Assembly: GCA_965250285.1 (NCBI GenBank)
Contig: OZ252299.1
Coordinates: 576,001-640,000 of the forward strand
Direction of reading: 5' to 3'
DNA: 64,000 nt
Origin: Myxococcota bacterium
GTDB taxonomy: Bacteria > Myxococcota_A > UBA9160 > UBA4427
Shown: positions 57,946 to 64,000 of the stretch, in pieces
How the letters are laid out: each line of letters begins with the position of its first letter
Position numbering within the stretch: the stretch's first letter is position 1
Translations under genes and position numbers: made by a program
Notes under the pieces: generated by a model
What the model was told of the DNA's origin: nothing
What the model saw: only the letters and a program-made list of their open reading frames with translations
Database searches by the model: none

Positions 57946-59898
57946 TCAGGCCGCGCCGCGCGACTGCAGCTCGGTGAAGCGCCGGTAGCGGCCATCGGGC
58001 AGGGCCATCAGCGCCTCGTGCGAGCCGCGCTCGACGATCCGGCCGTCGTCGATGAAGCAGATCTCGTCGGCCGCGCGGATCGTCGACAGTCGGTGCGCGA
58101 TCACGACCACGAGCCGACCCGCGCGGGCGTGGTGCAGCGTCTCGACGAGCTGGGCCTCGGTGCGCGGATCGAGCGCCGATGTCGGCTCGTCGAGCACCAG
58201 GATCGAGGCATCGCGCACCAGCGCCCGCGCGATCGAGAGCCGCTGCTTCTGACCGACGCTCAGCTTGCCGCCGCGCTGCCCGAGCGGCGTGTCGATGCCC
58301 TGGGGCAGGCGTTCGACGAACTCGCTGGCGCCGGCGAGTCGCAGCGCGCGGGCGATCTCGATCGGCGTCGCGTCGGGCTTCGCGATGCGCATGTTGTCGG
58401 CGACCGTCCCGTCGAAGAGCTGCGTCTCTTGAAACACGAACGCGGTGCGCTCGCGCAGGCTGGCGAGGCTGAACTCGCGCGCGTCGACGCCGTCGATCGT
58501 CATGCGCCCTTCGGTGGGGGTGAGAAAACGCGGCAGCATCGACGCGACCGTCGTCTTGCCGGCGCCGGCCGGGCCGGCCAGCGCGATCATGCGGCCGACC
58601 GGAAAGTCGGCGTCGACGCCTTCGAGCGCCGGCGTGCCGTCGGGATACGCGTACGACACGCCCTCGAGCCGCACGCCCTCGCGCACGGCTTCGAGCGTGC
58701 GGGTGCCCGCGTCGTCGGCCTCGTTCGGGAGATCCATCAAGAAGAAGACGCGCTCGATGCCTGCGGCCGCCTCCTGCACCCGGAACCAGGTCATGCCGAG
58801 GATCACCGCGGGCGTCACGAGTCGGCCGTAGTAGACGATCAACAAGCTGAAGTCGCCGAGGGTGAGGGTCTTCGCGATCACGTCGTCGCAGATGCGAAAG
58901 AACGCCCAGACCCAGATCACCGCGACCGGCACGATCGCCGCGATCAGCCCCGCGATCTGAAGCAGCAGCAGCCGCCGAAACTGACCGAACGACTCCCAGC
59001 TGTCGTCGTCGAAGCGCGTGCGTTGCCGATCCTCACCGCCGAGGCTCTGCACCGCGAGCATGTTCGAGATGCCCTCTTCGGTCGTGCTCGTGGTCTTCGA
59101 GCCGGCCTCGCGGCTCGCCTGGCTGCCTCGGCGTACCGAGGCGACGAGCGGCAGGCTGCCGAAGAACGCCGCCGGGATCATTGCGAGCGATGCGGCGAGC
59201 AGGTGGGGCTGGGGGCCGTAGGTGAGCCAGATGATCCAGGTGGTCAGCAGGATCACGAGCGGCGAGGTGACGGGTGTCAGAAGGATCCGATACGCGGCGT
59301 TCGTGATGGCCGGCGTGTCGTACATGACGCGATAGACCGCGTCGCCGATGCGCTCGTCGGCGAAGGTCGTGATCGGCAGCTGCTGCACGCGCTCGAAGAG
59401 CTTCGACCGGTAGTAGTGGTTGATCGCCTGGCTGAGCTTGAGGGTGAAGCGGAAGTCGACGAGACCGAGGAGCCCGCCCGCAAAACTCCAGCCCGAGTTC
59501 GCCTCGGCTTCGGTGCGGGTCGCCGTGTCGTGACCCTGCGCGAGGTTGGCTTCGGCCGAGTCGCTCTGGCCGCCGGCCGTGCCGAACGAGCCGGCGAGCA
59601 GGAAGAGCCCGAACTGCAGCGCGACCAGCACCATCAGGATCTGGTAGGGGTCGCGCCCTTCGAGCACGTGGATCAGCGGCTGGATGAAGAACGGGTACGG
59701 ACGCTCGGCGTCGGCGATCGGCTGCTTCAGCACGACGTTGTCGACGATCATCTTGACCGGCCACGGCACGATCAGCATCGGCAGCAGCGACAGCATGATG
59801 AACGCCGCCTTGATCGCGAAGCGGCCCGAGAAAGGGCGTACGTAGCGGGTGGCTTTGCGGACGATCTCGAGCCCGCTGAGCGGCTGGCCGGGGCTCAT
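57946..59898 (-). CDS. ABC exporter half-transporter (TMD+NBD)
   Basis: GPAGAGKT, LSVGQKQR, ILVLDEPTSALD, IAHRLST; ATGA overlap with upstream paralogue. Confidence 0.92.
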   Translation of the reverse strand: MSPGQPLSGLEIVRKATRYVRPFSGRFAIKAAFIMLSLLPMLIVPWPVKMIVDNVVLKQPIADAERPYPFFIQPLIHVLEGRDPYQILMVLVALQFGLFLLAGSFGTAGGQSDSAEANLAQGHDTATRTEAEANSGWSFAGGLLGLVDFRFTLKLSQAINHYYRSKLFERVQQLPITTFADERIGDAVYRVMYDTPAITNAAYRILLTPVTSPLVILLTTWIIWLTYGPQPHLLAASLAMIPAAFFGSLPLVASVRRGSQASREAGSKTTSTTEEGISNMLAVQSLGGEDRQRTRFDDDSWESFGQFRRLLLLQIAGLIAAIVPVAVIWVWAFFRICDDVIAKTLTLGDFSLLIVYYGRLVTPAVILGMTWFRVQEAAAGIERVFFLMDLPNEADDAGTRTLEAVREGVRLEGVSYAYPDGTPALEGVDADFPVGRMIALAGPAGAGKTTVASMLPRFLTPTEGRMTIDGVDAREFSLASLRERTAFVFQETQLFDGTVADNMRIAKPDATPIEIARALRLAGASEFVERLPQGIDTPLGQRGGKLSVGQKQRLSIARALVRDASILVLDEPTSALDPRTEAQLVETLHHARAGRLVVVIAHRLSTIRAADEICFIDDGRIVERGSHEALMALPDGRYRRFTELQSRGAA

Positions 59899-61949
59899 CC
59901 CGCACCGCCTTCCGCCGTGAAGGCAGGGGCCTCGCCGCGGTCTGCGGCGTCGAGGCCGGCGAGCTCGGTCTCGACGAGCTCGCGGTAGGCACCCCCTGGC
60001 TTCGCCATCAGCTCGTCGTGCGAGCCGAGCTCTTCGATGCGACCGCCGCGCAGGAAGGCGATCTGGTCGGCCTGGCGGATCGTCGAGAGCCGGTGCGTGA
60101 TCAAGAAGATCGCGCGGCCCTCGCCCCAAGCCTGCAGGTTGCGCATGACGTTCAGCTCGGTCGACGCGTCGAGGCTGGCGGTCGGCTCGTCGAGCACGAG
60201 GATCGGCGTGTCTTTCAGTACGGCCCGCGCGATCGACAGCCGCTGGCGCTGCCCGGTCGACAAGCGCGACCCGCGCTCGCCGAGCGGCGTGTCGTAGCCC
60301 TCGGGCAGGCGCGTGATGAAGTCGTCGGCGCTCGCGACGCGCGCCGCCTCGCGCACCGCCTCGTCGTCGGCCCCGGGCACCGCGAAGCGGATGTTCTCGC
60401 GGATCGTCTCGCCGAACAGGATGTTCTCCTGCAGCGCGATCGAGATCGAGCTGCGCAGCGACTCGACGGTGTAGGCAGCGAGCGGCTCGCCGTCGATCGA
60501 GATGCGTCCTGCGTCGGGGTCGAAGAGGCGCAGCAGCAGCGCCATCAGCGTGCTCTTCCCCGAGCCGGTCGGGCCGACGATCGCCGTGATCGTGCCGACG
60601 CCCGCTTCGAGGTCGACACCGGTCAGCACGGGCCGATCGGCGCCGTAGGCGAATTGAACCGCCTCGAAGCGGATCGCGTCTTGCACGCCTGGGAGCGGGC
60701 GGGCATCGGGCGCGTCTTCGACCTCGGGCTCGAGGTCGAGCACCTCGAAGACCCGGTCGAGGCCGATGGCCACGTCCTGCAGTCGACCCCACATGCGGAA
60801 CAGGTCGCGGCCCCCGCCCGTCATGTCACCGGTGCGGTCCTTGAAGACGTTGAAGAGACCGATGGTCCAGCCGAGCGTGGTGATGCCGAGCGCGGCGAAG
60901 AGGCGGCCGCTGGTGCTCGACGGGTCGGACGCATCGAGCCACTGGGTGATCACGAGCGGCAGCTGGTCGCGCGCCGCCATGGCGGCCACCGCCATGGCGA
61001 AGATGCCGGCGCCGCCCATCAGCCAGAAGAGCAACACCTGGTAGATCGCGAAGCGGTTGCGGGCGACGAACGCCTCGTCGAATGCCGCGCGACTCGCCGT
61101 CTCGAAGCGTGTCTGGTGATTCGCCTCGGCGCCGTAGGCCTTGATCACCTGGATCCCCGCCAGGGTTTCCTGGATGCGCGAGGTCAGGTGGCTGTTCGTC
61201 TCGCGCGCACGGCGGAAGCCGACGCGCATCGGCTGCGCGTAGTAGCCGGCGATCACGAAGAGCACGGGCGCGATCAGGGCGAAGAAGAGCGCGGCCTCGA
61301 GGCTGAACGCCGCGAGGATCGCCGCCGTGAAGAGGATCCGGCCCGTGTGCCAGAGGGGCTCGATGAAGAGCACCTGCACCAGCTGCGTGACCATCGCGCT
61401 GTCCTGGTACATGCGATAGATCGCGTCGCCGACCGGGTTGTCCGAGTGAAAGCGCAGCGACAGCGCCTGAAAGCGGTCGAGCAGCTGCACGCGCAGCACC
61501 TGATTGATGCGCTGGAGGATCCACGTCTGGTAGTAGATCAGGCCGACCACGATCGGCGCCATCGCGATGCCGAGCCCGACGCTCCACGCCACCACCCACC
61601 GAACGATCTCGCGCTGCACTTCGGGAGCGAGCTTGTCGACGTCGACGGCGACGTCGGGCGCGTAGCCGAGGAGCGACGCGAGGCCGGGGTCGAGGGGCTC
61701 GCCGAGCAGGCCGCGGGTCCAGAACGTGTCGACCAGGATCACCGAGATCGGAAACGAGATCGTGACCAGCACGATGAAGCTCACGATCAGCTGGATGATG
61801 TGGCGGCGAACGGGCCGCAGCAGCGCGACGCAGCGCCAGAGCAGCGTGACGATCAGACGAAACGACAGCCGATCCTGGCGGGTGCCTTCACCGAGTCGCG
61901 AGAGCGTGGCGAGCGGCGAGTCGGGGGCGGGTTCGGGCGGCGACGACAT
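59895..61949 (-). CDS. ABC exporter half-transporter (TMD+NBD)
   Basis: GPTGSGKS, LSTGQRQR, ILVLDEPTASLD, ITHRLST. Confidence 0.92.
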   Translation of the reverse strand: MSSPPEPAPDSPLATLSRLGEGTRQDRLSFRLIVTLLWRCVALLRPVRRHIIQLIVSFIVLVTISFPISVILVDTFWTRGLLGEPLDPGLASLLGYAPDVAVDVDKLAPEVQREIVRWVVAWSVGLGIAMAPIVVGLIYYQTWILQRINQVLRVQLLDRFQALSLRFHSDNPVGDAIYRMYQDSAMVTQLVQVLFIEPLWHTGRILFTAAILAAFSLEAALFFALIAPVLFVIAGYYAQPMRVGFRRARETNSHLTSRIQETLAGIQVIKAYGAEANHQTRFETASRAAFDEAFVARNRFAIYQVLLFWLMGGAGIFAMAVAAMAARDQLPLVITQWLDASDPSSTSGRLFAALGITTLGWTIGLFNVFKDRTGDMTGGGRDLFRMWGRLQDVAIGLDRVFEVLDLEPEVEDAPDARPLPGVQDAIRFEAVQFAYGADRPVLTGVDLEAGVGTITAIVGPTGSGKSTLMALLLRLFDPDAGRISIDGEPLAAYTVESLRSSISIALQENILFGETIRENIRFAVPGADDEAVREAARVASADDFITRLPEGYDTPLGERGSRLSTGQRQRLSIARAVLKDTPILVLDEPTASLDASTELNVMRNLQAWGEGRAIFLITHRLSTIRQADQIAFLRGGRIEELGSHDELMAKPGGAYRELVETELAGLDAADRGEAPAFTAEGGAG

Positions 61950-62193
61950 GGACAGACGCGATCACTCCCTCACGGCGACGCGGGCGCAGACCTCCAAAGG
62001 GGCCGTCGACGACGGTCGGTCGGACGAAGTCGAGAGCATCGCCCACGCGGCAGGGGGCGCCAATCGCTCGTGGGGCCGCGGCTGCACCCGTGTCCAGATC
62101 CAGCCCGCACATGCAGCGACCCCACGCGCATCGGCGCGCGGCGTGTCGTCGACGCAAGGTCGTCTCGTGAAAGCGCGCCTGGGGCTTCTCGGC

Positions 62194-62778
62194 TCAGAGT
62201 CGAACGCGCTGGGGCGAACGCTTGGCGAAGCTCGATCGCAGGATCGCGCCGAGCAGCATGCCCGAAGCGAAGATCAAGGCACCGGTGATCCACTCGGGGT
62301 ATCGGGCACCGGCCTTGAGCTCCATGTTCTCGAGCGTCAGCGCCTTGATGCGCGCCTCCTGCTCGCCGTCCTGGGTCGACAGCACTTCGTTCGTTGCGCC
62401 GAGCTCGTCGGCCTGCTGCGACACCTTGGCGAGCTTCTGCTCGAGATCGGCCGCGTGCACCTCGAGCTCGGCGAGTCGGATGCCGGGCGGCGGCTTGGCC
62501 AGCAGATAGCCTTCGGGGATCCAGCCTTCGGCGCCGGTCTCGTTGACGCGAACCTGGGTCCAACCTTCGCCGCGCTTCAGCACACGCACGGCGTCGCCGG
62601 TCTTGATCACGCCGACGATGCGGTTCTTGGTCGACGGTCCGGTGCGCACGTTGATCCGGATCTCGTCGCGCACCCAGCCCGTCTCGGCGCGCGCTTCGGG
62701 CGTCGCGGCGACGAAGCCGAAGAGCAGACAAGCCAGGACGCCCACGAGTGCGGCCCGGCGAGGCATTCGATCGAACAT
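62194..62778 (-). CDS. SH3 domain protein (TIGR04211/YgiM-like)
   Basis: Signal peptide ARA; WVRD...VRTGPS..RI, W.QVR...EGW; coiled coil; C-terminal TM + basic tail. Confidence 0.85.
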   Translation of the reverse strand: MFDRMPRRAALVGVLACLLFGFVAATPEARAETGWVRDEIRINVRTGPSTKNRIVGVIKTGDAVRVLKRGEGWTQVRVNETGAEGWIPEGYLLAKPPPGIRLAELEVHAADLEQKLAKVSQQADELGATNEVLSTQDGEQEARIKALTLENMELKAGARYPEWITGALIFASGMLLGAILRSSFAKRSPQRVRL

Positions 62779-63060
62779 TCCCCCTCCCGAGGTGTGGAGC
62801 CGGCGGCTCCCCGGCGCGCGGGGTGCGCCGCGGCGCCGATGGTACGCAATGCCAGCGGGCGCGACACGCACTGGAGGGGGGCAGGGCGCGTTCTGCGCGG
62901 CACAGCGCGGCCGCCGGACGTCATGCATCGACGATTCGGCGGGTTCTGGCTGTGATCCAGGCCCCAAATTCGGGTCGTCCACCCACGGTTCGGCCCGGAT
63001 CGAATGGGATAACGTCTCGCCGCGCGGCCAGGCGCCCACGCAGCGCCAGGGGGAGGGCCC

Positions 63061-64000
63061 ATGTCAGCGTCAGCGCGCGTCGCGATCGTGCTCGCGATCC
63101 TTCTACTTCTACCCATCGTATTCGGGCCGATCGTCGTCGGTGTGCTGATCGAGCGGGGCCTCGACCGGGTGCGTGCGTCGGGGGCCACGCCCGGCGTCGA
63201 CATCGAGTTCGAGCGCGGTCTCTACACCTCGCGGGCCCGCACGAGCCTGGCAGTCGACCGGACAGACGGCACGGCAGGCGCCATCACGCTCGATCACGTG
63301 ATCGTGCATGGACCCATCCCACTCGCCGCGCCGGCGATCGGGCGCTCGCCCCTCGATCTCGTCGTCGTGCTGGTCGATTCGAAGCTCGCGCCCGACCTCG
63401 AGATGATGCCGGGCGTCGAGCAGGCCCTCGACGGCGAGGCCCTCGCGACCGCCTTCACGCGGGTCGGGCCTCGAGGCGACGTCGAATCGAAGATCGTGTC
63501 GCCGGCTTTCGAGCTGGCCGGCGGCCGCTTCGTCTGGGCGGGGCTCGAAGGCCGGATCGAGCTGGTCGACGACATGACCCGCGTCTCGGGCGACGTGACG
63601 GTCGAGGGCCTGCGCATCGCCGACGATCAGGTGTCGCTCGCCATGCAGCCGGGCACCGCCCGGTTCGACGCCGATCTGAGGGGGCAGCGGCTCGAGGCCC
63701 AGATCGAGCAGCAGGGCACCGAGTGGGTCTTCGGCGATCAGCGCTTCTCGAGCGGCGCCGTGCGCATCGAGGCCGATCAACCGCTCGGAGGCGACCTGCT
63801 CGGCGACGCGACCTCGACCTGGACGATCGAGCGCATTGCGGGCGCGGGCAGCCTCGGCGAAGGCGACTTCGAGATGAGCGGGATCGAGATCGAGCAGGTC
63901 GTCGAGCGCAATTTCGACTCGGGGCTGCACCGGGGTGAGCTCGGGCTCGCCTTCGAGACGTGGCGTGTCGGCGACGATCCGGTCGAGGGGCCGGGCGGGC
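63061..64000 (+). CDS. YdgA/DUF945-like protein (3'-truncated by window edge)
   Basis: GGGAGG RBS, ATG 63061; my translation MSASARVAIVLAILLLLP...FERGLYTSRA...LDHVIVHGPIP; frame appears to run to the window end. Confidence 0.7.
   Translation, partial: MSASARVAIVLAILLLLPIVFGPIVVGVLIERGLDRVRASGATPGVDIEFERGLYTSRARTSLAVDRTDGTAGAITLDHVIVHGPIPLAAPAIGRSPLDLVVVLVDSKLAPDLEMMPGVEQALDGEALATAFTRVGPRGDVESKIVSPAFELAGGRFVWAGLEGRIELVDDMTRVSGDVTVEGLRIADDQVSLAMQPGTARFDADLRGQRLEAQIEQQGTEWVFGDQRFSSGAVRIEADQPLGGDLLGDATSTWTIERIAGAGSLGEGDFEMSGIEIEQVVERNFDSGLHRGELGLAFETWRVGDDPVEGPGG

Overview
High-GC bacterial chromosomal window from a diderm organism (kdsB, an outer-membrane beta-barrel gene, lipoproteins). Gene content suggests a Myxococcota-like/deltaproteobacterial lineage, but that is inference only. 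Housekeeping genes: asnS (5'-truncated), hisS, speA, xth, purU, kdsB, a complete six-gene alternative complex III (actABCDEF), a two-component pair, an acyl-CoA dehydrogenase pair and a heterodimeric ABC exporter. Accessory content: a TetR-regulated redox/efflux operon; a 1192-aa RHS/YD protein with a CTERM-like sorting tail lying convergent to a His-rich membrane protein and a CPBP intramembrane protease (best candidate for an undescribed system); a 1907-aa DUF1302-like barrel with a ~1100-aa Cys-rich insertion plus a DUF1329 partner; and two apparent pseudoenzymes (rhomboid-like, RNase Z/AtsA-like). Structured non-coding elements: a pair of 134-bp covarying hairpin units, a candidate structured RNA with a 14-codon ORF, sigma54 promoters and tandem repeats. 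I saw no rRNA, tRNA, CRISPR array, integrase or transposase. All family assignments come from motif recognition by eye; no searches were run.
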